Shown here piece by piece: positions 1 through 11,637 of a DNA stretch of 64,000 bases. The stretch's first letter is position 1; every line of letters begins with the position of its first letter. Under the pieces are notes generated by a model that worked only from the letters and a program-made list of their open reading frames with translations, was not told where the DNA came from and did not search any database. Position numbers and translations under genes: made by a program. Source of the stretch: Gnetum montanum (taxonomy: Eukaryota; Plantae; Gnetophyta); contig MNCI01000651.1 of assembly GCA_015680685.1 (NCBI GenBank), forward strand, positions 1,851,832 through 1,915,831. The letters are read 5' to 3'.

Positions 1-1266
1 ATCTAGTTTTAAACATCATTTCTCTAAATTATGCTTACTCAGAATTTCCAACTAATGAACTATTTTTTTCTAAGCTAGTCTAAGGTAAAAATAACATTTC
101 TCTTAAATTGAATGCATTTTTTTTATTTTAGTACATTCCACTCCTAATTAGTTGATTTAATTTACTTTGCAATAGCTTGAAAATGGTGTTTCAAATTTAC
201 TTTTAATGTAATTTTTATTTTAGTAATTTTTCCTAGTAATTTAATGCTTGAAAACTTAATGAAACAATTATTTTTGAAAAGTTTTGAAATTAATTTACAC
301 TTTGAAGCATGAAGCTACATACTATCTATTTTTTTAATAAATACATTAATAAAAAAATGGTCCATGAAAGTGGAAAAATGTAATAATAATAGATAGCAGT
401 TAACTAATGTTAAGGTCATGATTCTAGAAAAGAAGTTAATGCAAGGAACTACGAGGGTCTAGCATCAATTAATATGTCATTATAACCATATTCTCTAGTA
501 CTGTATCCTACCTAGTTTGATGAAATCCCATCATTAATTAATATAAAGTTATATATGATGAACATTTTTATGCATTTTTAAACTTTATGAAGATACTTAG
601 TTGCATTATTATTGGATTTGACATTTTCCTATTAACTATGACTTGTGGATTTACTAACGAAACTAACACCAGAGAATTTGTGGATTGATTGGTAGATAGG
701 AATCTTAAAGATGACTTAATTTTCCTTCCTAGTGATCATAGTATTAGGCTTCAATTTTGGCACAGCCTAATGTGAATGAGGAGGATGAAGAGGAATCAAT
801 TGTCCAATTCTTTAGAAAGGTTTGGTCTTTATAATGCTCATGGTTTCCAATAACTTGCACTTAGTTGGACTATTGATATTAGGCAAATAACTAAAACTAA
901 TAATGAAGTATATCTATGGATGTTTGAAGTATTGAAAGTACACCTAATAAATTTGAACATAGGAAATACTTAGTGTGGTGATGTTACTCTATAATTCCTA
1001 GATTTAATTAATGGTGGTGGAATAAGTTGTTAAGTGCCATAACAAAAGGCTTCAAACTAAGATCCAGAATTATTTAGAATTATACCCAAATGATATATTA
1101 ATGTGTATGAAATAATTCAAAAATTTCTATAATTGATTGAGATTTCTTGGTGTTAGAGATATCACTTGGTATACAAATTCTAAATTATGTTCTATATATA
1201 CATGCTGTATTTGTTATTATCATGATACACTATGATTTATGTTTCTTACACCATGGATACCATGAT

Positions 1267-1777
1267 TGTGACATCCCATTTCTGGATGTCATAAAACATG
1301 TTTGTTTGTTGCTTAGTTCTTCACATTTACTACATTCATAAGCATTATAATGAAAACATCATAAATACTTGATGAATGAATTAACTTATAATGAATAATT
1401 GGTACTCAGAATAGGAAAGAAAATGGAAAAATTTTATTAATAAGAGAGAGTACTGTAACATCCTTTGTGTTATCTTTCCATGCCACTTAAGCCTTAGAGG
1501 CAATCTGGCATTGCCATTAAGATTAGGCTATCTAGTTGAAGGGAGGATTAGTTCCTTCTTGTCTTACTTTACCCAACTCTCATCACTTGCCATTTTCTAG
1601 GCTCTGTAACTCCATGTCAACACAACCTCTAAACCCAACCATAAATGACATAGATCAAACCCATTCTTGAGGGATGCATAAATAATTGTAACCCCTCATA
1701 ATGAGGTACCCCTTTATTTAAAGGTTAATTACATTTTACAATACATTTCTGCTCTTAACAAGGAATGGAATGTTACA
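1267..1777 (-). repeat. 3' LTR of chromovirus
   Basis: TGTGACATCCC...GGAATGTTACA termini; reverse complement aligns with 52188-52650 and 61761-62241; bordered by a PPT-like segment (rc tgcttaagggacatagat, 1778-1795). Confidence 0.9.
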
Positions 1778-1794
1778 ATCTATGTCCCTTAAGC

Positions 1795-4325
1795 ATCAGA
1801 CTTGTCCTCAAGCAATTCCTCTACATCCAGTTGTTCAATTGCTGCTTCTTCATAATGCTCCTCAACTTTAGCTTCTTTATTATCCTCATTACCATCTATA
1901 CAAACAAAAGATCAAAAATTATAAAATATAATATATTACATTACTCATAAATACAATTTATCATTCAATATCATGATGATCAAAAAGTTGGGGTAAGTAT
2001 TAAGAATAAACTTCCTATTTTCCCAAGTCTACTAATCATAATTTGACCATTGAACAAGTACTTTGCTACTAGTTTTATTTCATAGCTTCTTGGGTTGATG
2101 ATTCTTAATTGCAATGGGTTTTACTTCAAAGCTAGCATTGGATTGCAAGGGAAACGTATTCCAATCTAGCACATATGGCACATCATTTATATGAAATTTC
2201 TTTAGCAAACTTACATGGAAAACTATGTGAATTCTTAAGGTTTCTGGAAGATTTAGCCAATATTCCACTTCACTAATTCTTTCAAAAATTACAAGGGGTC
2301 ACAATATCTAGGCACCAACTTAGTATATTTTTTAAGTTTAAGAGAACTTTTGGTAGGTTTTACTCTCACTAGTACTTGATCTTCCACTTGGAATTCGTTC
2401 TTAAGCCAATGTTGATATGCATATCCCTTATATTTATCTTGGGTAGCTTGTAAATTCTAGTTACTTGTTGTGATAATATTATCCATTATTTTCATTTCTT
2501 ATTCCTTCCATTTCATTCTTAATATTGGATCTACCCAAGTTAGTGATGTACGAAAATTCCATCCACATACTACTTCGAATTGTGTTCAATGTATGGAACC
2601 TTGATAATTGTTGTTATAGGAAACTTCTAATAGGTGCAAGTAATTCTCCCACATTTTAAGTCTACTCCCAATATAGCTTTATAGATTATCTTCTAATATT
2701 CTATTCACATGTTTGATTTTCCCATTGGTCTCTGGATGGTAAGTTGGGCTAAATTTCAACTAGGTTCCAAGCTCTTTAAAGACATTTTACTAGAATTTGG
2801 ATATGAACTTGGGGTCTTGGTCCAAGGTGATAGATTTCAGATAACCATGCAATTGAAATACTTCGCATATGAATTTCTAGGCTACTTCTTTGGCTATGTT
2901 TGTAGATTTCAAAGCTATAAAATGTGCCATCTTTGATAGATGATCAACCACTATCAAAATTGTGTCATTTCCTTTTCCAATTGTTGGCAATTGCACAATG
3001 AACTCCATGGTAACATCTTCCCATTTCCAGGTTAGGACTTCCAGAGGCTGTAATAATTCAGTAGCTTTCTTTTGATTAGCTTTTATTCTTTAGCATGTTG
3101 GGAAATTTTGAATGTAGAAGGACACATCATTCTTGATTCCAGACTAGAAATAATATTTTCATAACATCATATAAGTCTTAATATAATCTTTGTGTCCTAC
3201 ATATGGTACTTCATATGCTTCACACAACAACCTTAGTCTCCAGTTTCCTTTTGATATGAGCACTTTTTTTCCTTTCATTAGTAAACCATTAGGGGAATTT
3301 TGACATTGAGGGTTAGAGGGAATATTGGTTAAAATATTCCTAAAATAAGGATTTTCTTTTATCCATTCCTTAATTTCTTCTTCCATAGGGATCATTACCA
3401 CACCTATCATCAAGTTCCACATTTTGTTTATTGGAAATATATTTTATTTCAAAATCATATTCAGCCAATAATTCTACCCATCATCATTAATGAGTATTAA
3501 AAATAGGCTATCTCAATAAATATTCTAAAATTTTATGATCTATTTTAGTTAAAACCTTTTTCCACAAAGATAATGTCTCCAAACTTTCAAAGCATGTAAT
3601 TCTAAAGCATAGGTTGAGTAATTTACCTCAAATTCTCGTAATTTACTAGATTCATAACATACCACTTTATCTTCTTATGACAAAACTCCACCAATTCCTA
3701 TGCCACAGGCATCTGTGGATACTTCAAATGATAATTCTTCATCTAGAATTCTCAGAATAGGTGTTGTTGTGAGTAGCATTTTTAATCTAAGGAAAACTTT
3801 CCTACATTTTTTATCAAACTTAAACACACATTTTGTTTGCAAAAGGTTAGTCAAGGGAACTAATAAAGTAGAATAATATTTAATGAAATATTGGTAAAAA
3901 CCTACTAAGCCTAGAAAACTATGAACTGTTGTAGCATCTTTTAGTTTAGGCTAGTCCCAAATCCCACTAACCTTTCCTAGATCTACTTGTAATCCTTTCT
4001 TAGAAACTATATGGCCTAAATAAGATACTTCTTCTTTAAAGAGTTCACATTTACTTAATTTAGCTTTCAACTAATGCTCTTTAAAAATCTCCATTGTAAC
4101 TTTCAAATGTTTGACATGTTCTTCTCTTGACTTAGGATAAACAAGTATATCATCCATAAATACTATAAAAAACTAATCAAGATATTCACAAAAAATATTA
4201 TTCATTAATTCCATGAATGTTGTAGGTGCATTAGTTAATTTAAATGGCATTACAAAAAATTTGTATAATTCATACCTAGTTATGAAAGCAGTTTTTTCAA
4301 TATCTTTCTCCTCAATCCTTATAAT
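1795..4325 (-). pseudogene. pol: Degenerate chromovirus pol (RT C-terminal part, RNase H, integrase, chromodomain)
   Basis: ORF fragments [28 protein letters not shown] (RT), RLLCEAYEVPYVGH (integrase zinc-binding region), IHIVFHVSLLKKF (integrase C-terminus), VLVQW (chromodomain); many stops. Confidence 0.9.
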
Positions 4326-4502
4326 CAAATGTTTAATGATAAAAGGTAATGATAGCTCCATTCATTACAAGTTATAAGGATGTCTTGTAACGATGATCCG
4401 TTCACATGTCATCCCATTAGTTCCATTTGAGTTAATATTCCCATACCATCCCAATATTTTGTAAGGAACTTGAGGACAAGTTTTTGTTTAGTCATGGGGG
4501 TA

Positions 4503-5317
4503 TGATGGGACATGATATCATGACCATCGCGATATCACGTATGTGATATCACGTTGTCCCCTGCGATATCATGGTGCATCGTCATATCTATAAATAAGAG
4601 GTGGCTCTCCCTTTTTTTCTCATTTAGATCTAGACCCTTAGTGAAACTCTAGAAGTTTTACCTCTCTAGAGATAGAATATTTTTCATGTGCCCACAGTAG
4701 GAACTCCAAAGTGAACGGATCTTTATTCAAGCAAATATTGTACCTGAACACATGTTTGTGTACGACAATAAAGACGAACTTCTTGGATAAACCTTGTAGT
4801 GCATGGAATAGGATAAATAGGAATTTTATTTATTTTTATTTACTATTTATCATTTACATGCTTTATTAGGAATTAAATATCTCTCAACCCTTCTCTCCTA
4901 GTTAAGTGCCTCAGTATGACCACTTCGAGCATGTGCATTACGCGTGGTGATCCTAACAATGACTAGCGTTTGGTAACCATGGTTGCATTGGTTCAAGATG
5001 TGAATGGTAAGTGGGAATAGATGCTAACGCTAGGTTAATTTAGACTTAGTTAGTTAGTTAAATTTAGTAATTAGTCTCTTCAACCCTTCACCTCACTAGC
5101 ATAGGAGATAAAATCAAAAAGACAATAAAAATCATATACCTTGGACTTACTTAACCATACACCTTGACAACTACAAGTAAGTCTAGGAAGACAACAAATA
5201 ATTAACATTAAGTGTTCCATGAGGCATGTAGGCACTTAGTCTGTGGAGTTCGACCGAATTGCGCGTGTTACGCTCATATTCGTATGGTTGAGTGTAGGGA
5301 TACCTCGCCACTCATCA
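4503..5317 (+). repeat. 5' LTR (Athila-like)
   Basis: TGATG...CTCATCA termini; TATAAATA at ~4589; direct repeat of 10844-11632. Confidence 0.88.
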
Positions 5318-5318
5318 T

Positions 5319-5336
5319 TGGCACCGTCGCTGGGGA
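5319..5336 (+). promoter_or_regulatory. Primer-binding site (Athila-type, tRNA-Asp-like)
   Basis: TGGCACCGTCGCTGGGGA 1 nt after the LTR; matches the Athila-type TGGCGCCGTTGCCGGGGA pattern. Confidence 0.85.
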
Positions 5337-5460
5337 CTAAGTGTTTGTGCGCTAAGTAGAACATAGGACATGATTCACATCGTTGGGAGCTTAAAAGAAT
5401 CCTTAGGGTTAATTAAATGAAAAATTATATAACGGTTAATTAGAACATCGATAAGACATA

Positions 5461-8400
5461 ATGTCTTCTTCTTCTTCTCACAAGAATAATTCACCACCTA
5501 GGGATCATAGAAAGAACGGTCGGTAGTCAAAAACACATAACCAAAATCAGTGAGTTCCTCAACAATATAGGGTGGTATATACTCATCCTAATGAGTACAT
5601 ACCTAACTTTACTTTTATCCTCCATTAGGATGAACAGATGCGCTGGAGAGACTTACAAGGTAACATAGTGTTACCTCCAGATCATGCAGTCCCCAACATG
5701 CTCCTCCATGCTTTGGCATAGATTGGCATGACTCAGCTCTATGCTGAATATGTTATAAGTGATTTTGACACAAGGTATTACTATCCTACATTTGCAAAAT
5801 GTATGAGGGACTTAAGGTAGGAGAGCCAACATACATTGTTGAAGGGCAAAGGGGTCCTGCACGTCCTAAGTGAAATTGGAGATGGTGAACCACGTGTAAC
5901 AGGTTCTCTATCAAAATATGTTTTCCCTCTTAACGATAGTGAGGAGGTGGGGTATCAAAACCTATGCTCCATGATATACAACCATATTTTTGATCCCCGT
6001 GAACACCAGCTGTTCACTGAAGGAACAACAACACATGACAAGGACAGGTACTTAGATCTTCATCACGATCGGAGCCAAAGTCATAGAAGAGAAGGTAGGG
6101 AACATCGTCATGGAGATGGTTCTCCTTCTTCTTCCCCTTCTTCACATAATTCACCCTCTCCTTCCACATCTGGACATAGCCATCGAGAGCATAATGATGA
6201 GGATAGAGGTAGGAAAAATGAAAGACCTCGATGAGAAAGTTGAGATAGAGGAAAAGGGCATGAAAGAAGGGAAAGTAGGGAACAATGAAGACATCATAGA
6301 CGTTATGAAAGAGATGATCATGATGAACCCCTACTTGCCATCCAAAGTATGCTAAATATAATGGAGGTAGTGAGAATTCCAACAAGGTATTTAAAAGATA
6401 GTCAGATCAAGTGCTTAGATATGAATAACATCCCATGCTTCGAAGGGGGATACAATGCAGATCCAAAAAATCATTTATAGGAATTCCATAATGCCTGCAC
6501 CTTGCATAACATAGAGAATGAGTGGCAGAAACTCAAGTTGTTTCCCAGGACACTCATAAAGGAAGCAGAGAGTTGGTATCGGTCCTTAGAACCAGAAACC
6601 ATTAGGAGGTAGAGTACGATGTTAGAAATTTTCAATGATAAATATCAAACGTACACCAGAGTGTCTAATTTGCGTAAGAAAATCCAAGGATGGAAGCAAG
6701 GTACTTATGAACCCTTGGATTCTTCCATGGGCCACTACTACGCATTGCTACATCGTTGCTTGGTCCATGGTTACGCACAACGGGATCAACTTTGCCACGT
6801 CGTAGATGGGCTAAGGTATGAAACTAGGAGAACCCTTGGGACTTATGCCCAAGGGAGAGTATCAGAACTTAGATCCCATGAGATTCATCAATTTTTGGAA
6901 CAAGTAGCCAAAGAAGAAGGGGAGCTATGAAAAAGGGAAAGTGTAGAAAAATACAACCATGATCCCTCTCTTCGAAATAAGGGAGTGAGATTTTGCGATG
7001 AAGAGGATGAGTCACCACTCAAAGAGTTGGTGAATAGGAAAGCCTTACCACTTTAGAAGCTAACAACAGAAGTGGCAGCTAAGGTAGATCAGATACAGGA
7101 CTCCTTAGATAGTAGACTTGAACTTGTCCTAAAAATCGTAGAGGAGTCTAAGGAGGAATGAAGTAGTGACAAGGACAAGAAAAAGCGAGGAGATTCAGGC
7201 CCTGCACGTGACAAGGGTAAGGGAAAAATAACTATCTCCAATGAGGGTGTGGATTTGGACACAGACAATGATGATGGATGTGAGATCTACCAATATGACC
7301 ATCCTAAGAGATGTTGTCCAATCATCTCACATGTACAAGAGTTTGGGGTGTATGCACTCAACCCGAGACTCAACAAACGGTAGATACCCCAAAGGTTACC
7401 TTATCCCCAAGGTAACCCAAGATAGTTCCACCAACCATTGACGTACTATCCAAGTGGAACTCCACCACAATCCATCGGACAACATCAGCAGTGGCAATAC
7501 CCACAATCATGGGGGATGCCACCATCATAATAACAGTACCCTTACTAGCAACCCGATCCTTATGGTTACTACGCGCAGCAACCGATTTCTCCAAGTGAAT
7601 CCATGGCTCACAGAAATCCCGAAAATCACTACCAAGTTTGGGAGTACTTTAGAAGGACTCCTTCTCCTCTGAGAGATACTCCATACCCATACCATCTTCC
7701 TAATTTGTCCGCACCTCTTTCACCCGTAGTTCCCATAACACCTCCTGCTCTAACAAAGCAAGGGGAACTCCCCACTCAACCGCAGCAATGCAATGCCATG
7801 AGAGCCATAAACATTCAACCCGCTACTAGTTCTAACAACTGCCAAAAGAGAAGATCTTTCTTTAGAACCAAAAGCCCAGACAAGCTCTCACAACCACAAG
7901 CAGTTGAGTTTGCAACCCCTCCTACAACATACAAGGCCTTGGAGCTCCCTTCAAACAAAAATTAGAGCTCAACATAGATGGTTATGTTAATGCATACCGT
8001 AATTGACTGGATCAAGGTAGTCCACCTTCCTAGAAAACTATCTGACCCTAAGAGTCCCTTAATCTATCTCCAAGTAGCTGGTAACGAACCTCATAAGGCT
8101 CTTCTTGACTCAGGTTTCAGAGTCAACCTAATTTCATGAGAGATGTATCAAGCCTAGAACCTATCCCAACTTAAGATGAACAATATTCAACTGGAGCTAG
8201 CTGACCAGTCCATCACCATTCCCTTGGGATTGGTGGAGGACATTGTTACCACTATGTGTGATTGGTCATACCTAGTCTATTTCCTGGTGATTAAGTTAAA
8301 AAAAATAAAGGGGACTTCCCAATTATAATGGGAAGGACATGGCTAAGCACAATAGATGCATACCTAGGGATTCGTGATATTTCCTTGGAGATATCTAAGG

Positions 8401-8760
8401 TAAATATTTACAGAAAGATCAAGAAGAAGAAAGTTCCATGCATCACATACAGTGTTTCATCGGGGTGATGACTTGGAAGAATGCTCCACATCTCCTCCAT
8501 GCAAAAGGTGTTCCCTTGAAACTCTACAACAAAGATTCTTGTATGTAGAAACCACACAACAAGTAGTAGACACCCTGTGGTTGATAGCTACTAGAAAGTG
8601 CAACCGACAAATATGCATGGAATGAACTAGGGGAACATCTCATGCCAACAATGAGGACATAGATACATTGGAATATGAACGTCACTGACTTCCACCCCTT
8701 AATCTAAGAACATCAATGGGGAGAAGTTGGGCACTTCTACGAAATTTAAACAAGCGCTCA
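5461..8760 (+). pseudogene. gag: Degenerate gag-protease with long N-terminal extension
   Basis: KLKLFPRTLIKEAESWYRSL...MLEIFNDKY (retrotransposon gag); KALLDSGFRVNLI (aspartic protease, ~8095-8135); His/Arg-rich region 6040-6350; stops and frameshifts. Confidence 0.85.
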
Positions 8761-8844
8761 TTATTTTGGATCTCTTCCTTTCCATTCAGTCATGGGGGAA
8801 ATTGCCATCTATGCTAATCATTTGGGGCCCTTAGTTCTTTTTAA

Positions 8845-9095
8845 TTTTTGTTTTACACATTTTTGTTTTACACATTTTTTTCCACATTTTTGTTTTACAA
8901 GATTTTTTTTTACACATTTTTGTTTTACATGTTTTTGTTTTACACATTTTTGTTTTTCACATTTTTGTTTTACACATTTTTGTCTTACACATTTTTGTTT
9001 TACAAATTTCTTTAACTTTTCTTGTTTTTGTTTTACATATTTCTTTAACTTTTCTTATTGTTGTTTTACAAATTTCTTTAACTTTTCTTATTTTT
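8845..9095 (+). repeat. Tandem repeat, 15-bp unit TTTTGTTTTACACAT, decaying into a longer unit
   Basis: Directly visible; produces the spurious FCFTH-repeat ORF. Confidence 0.9.
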
Positions 9096-10843
9096 TTCTC
9101 AACATCGTTATACTTTTTCATTTTTTGTGTGCGTGTGTGTATGATCCACCTTGTAAGTTTTTCACCCAATAAGTGTTCTTAATGATGGTATGAACTGTTT
9201 TTCATATTGATTGCTAATGTTTGGTTTTTACCTTTAAGTCATGATTTTGATACTAAGTTATGGTTCTTTTGATATGGCAGGCAATGAGTTCACTTCATCC
9301 ATTCATCCACCAGTTTCTATGGTCTCTCTTGGCTTGGAAATGTACAGTCCTTTTCTAATAAGAACTTTAACGAATTGGTGATTGGGCATTTTTCAAACTA
9401 AGGAAGGACTCAAGGATTGAAAAGGGTGTGACTTCAAGGGAACTTGATACATTTTTGTTGGCCATTCTCTTGGGTGCTTGGATGTTTTCTTCTTGAGTTT
9501 TCTTACCACTTCGACGTTACCCAATTATTGGGAAGCTAAGCAATAAAAATAACAAAGTCTTTTCATGGTGTGGTTCTCACACATAAACACATAAAACATA
9601 TAAAAAAATGGTGAGAATTCAAAGCAAACCCCTTAGAAAAAATAATCATTTAGGCTACAAGCATTGGCTATGGAACTTAAAATAAACATGTTCCCTCTTA
9701 CTAAGGCCCTTCTCACTCTTCCCATTCTCTCCTCCTCTATTTCGTCAAAATGGTGGTGGCTCTTGGGTGAAGGCATTCTTGTTACTTCAAGTGGATGGAT
9801 TGGCCAAATGCATTAATGCAAAGTCACTGGATGTGGTTGGTTTAGGGTCAGAGTTGGAATGAGATTTGCTCAGTCATTAATCATGAAACACACAAGGGGC
9901 TGTACACCATCTTGTTCTTGGGATTCCATTCCATTTTCTTCTCTCCACCCTTCTCTCCATTGTTCACCTCATTGCTGGTTGTATCATTAGTGTATATTTT
10001 AGTGGATACATTGTTTTTGTTTTGGTAAATTCTTGCAGAGCCTACGAACTCTTTGAATGTGGGTTTGTCAGGGTATTAAGGGCATGAGCCTGCTTTGGGA
10101 AGGACCCACTGGCACTCCTATTTGGTGCCTCAATTAAATTATTTCCACTAACATTTTTGCAATCTATTTTATTTTTTTCATTTCCATCTTGACACCCATT
10201 TCATCGATGTTACAGTTTTCTCTTTTTATCCATCTTTCTTGTTCTTTCTTCTTTCTCCATTCTATCACTACTAGAGGTTCGCTATTAGTCATGGGGGTAT
10301 AGGGCCCAAATTTTTTCAATTTTCTCCTAACCCCTACACCTTCGATAGTCACCACTATTATATCTCTAGACCCGCAATCACCCATAGCACAACTTAGCCA
10401 ATGGACCTTTCATTGGAGCAAGGTATTAACTACATTGGAATTTATTTACCCTTGCTAATATAAGATTGTGTTGTGTGTGCAGATGGAAATCATACAACAA
10501 TGGACTAGATCTAAAGGGAACACTTGGAATGGAGTAGTGCTGGAGCATCTATGCAAGGAAAAAGACTGATGGCGCACTTATGGATGGACAATGAAAGGCG
10601 CAATCTGGGTGTTGGTAGCAGCAAAACTTCTTTCTCTCTCTCTTTCTCAAGTTGCCAAATAAGGCCTGATGTCAATGTAATAAGGTGTTCACTTTTGTTG
10701 TCATGAACACTAGTTTTGTCATGTCTTGTAATGATGATTCGTTCACATGTCATCCCATTAGTTCCATTTGAGTCAATAATCCCATATCATCCCAATATTT
10801 TGTTTGGAACTCGAGGATAAATTTTTATTTAGTCATGGGGGTA

Positions 10844-11632
10844 TGATGGGATGCGATATCATGATATCGCGGCCGTCATGATATCATGGTGCACCATCAT
10901 ATCTATAAATAAGAGGTGGCTTTGCCTTTGTTTCTCATTTAGATCTAGACCCTTAGCGAAACTCTGGCATTTTTACCTCTCTAGAGATAGAATATTTTCC
11001 ATGTGCTCACAATAGGAACTCCAAAGTGAACAGATATTTATTTGAGCAAATATTGTACTTGAACACATGTTTGTGTATGACAATAAAGACAAAAGTCTTG
11101 GATAAACCTTGTAGTTCATGGAATAGGCTAAATAGGACTTTTATTTATTGTTATTTACTGTTTATGATTTACATGCTTTATTAGAAATTAAATCTCTCTC
11201 AACCCTTCTCTCCTAGTTAAGTGCCTCAGTATGACTGCTTCGAGCATGTGCATTACGCGTGGTGATCCCAGCAACAACTAGTGTTTGGTAACCACAATTG
11301 CATTAGTTTAGGGTGTGAATGGTAAGTGGGAATGGATGCTGATGCTAGGTTAATCTAGACTTAGTTAGTTAGTTAAAGTTAGTAATTAGTCTCTTCAAAC
11401 CTTCACCTCACTAGCATAGGAGATAAAATCGAAAAGACAATAAAAATCATATACCTCAAACTTACTTAACCATACAACATGATAACTACAAGTAAGTCTA
11501 GGAAGATAACGAATAATTAACCTTAAGTATTCCATGAGGTGTGTAGGCACTTACTCTACGGAGTTCGACCAGATCGTGCATGTTACACTTGTATTCGTAT
11601 GGTTGAGTGTAGGGGTACCTTGCCACTCATCA
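10844..11632 (+). repeat. 3' LTR (Athila-like), preceded by PPT AGTCATGGGGGTA (10831-10843)
   Basis: Direct repeat of 4503-5317; the same PPT|TGATG junction occurs in the other two Athila-like copies. Confidence 0.88.
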
Positions 11633-11637
11633 ATAAG

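Larger units (their letters stand above)
1267..4325 (-). mobile_element. 5'-truncated Ty3/gypsy chromovirus (3' LTR, PPT, RT-RH-INT-chromodomain)
   Basis: LTR similar to those of the 52188-62241 element; RT, integrase and chromodomain fragments on the minus strand; similarity stops abruptly within RT at ~4325. Confidence 0.9.
4379..11632 (+). mobile_element. Non-autonomous Athila-like LTR retrotransposon (gag-protease only)
   Basis: Two similar LTRs, PBS TGGCACCGTCGCTGGGGA, gag and protease motifs, no RT/RH/INT; flanked by ATAAG at 4374-4378 and 11633-11637. Confidence 0.88.

Noticed and set aside
4381-4502. LTR start at TGTCTTG/TGTAAC (4381-4386)
   Set aside because: No PPT precedes the equivalent position at 10722; the other copies define the LTR start at PPT|TGATG.
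8792-9172. ORFs with FCFTH / KMCKT repeats on both strands
   Set aside because: By-products of the 15-bp tandem repeat.
9200-10840. env-like ORF in the Athila-like 3' region
   Set aside because: No sustained reading frame or transmembrane pattern could be recovered; only splice-like signals are reported.
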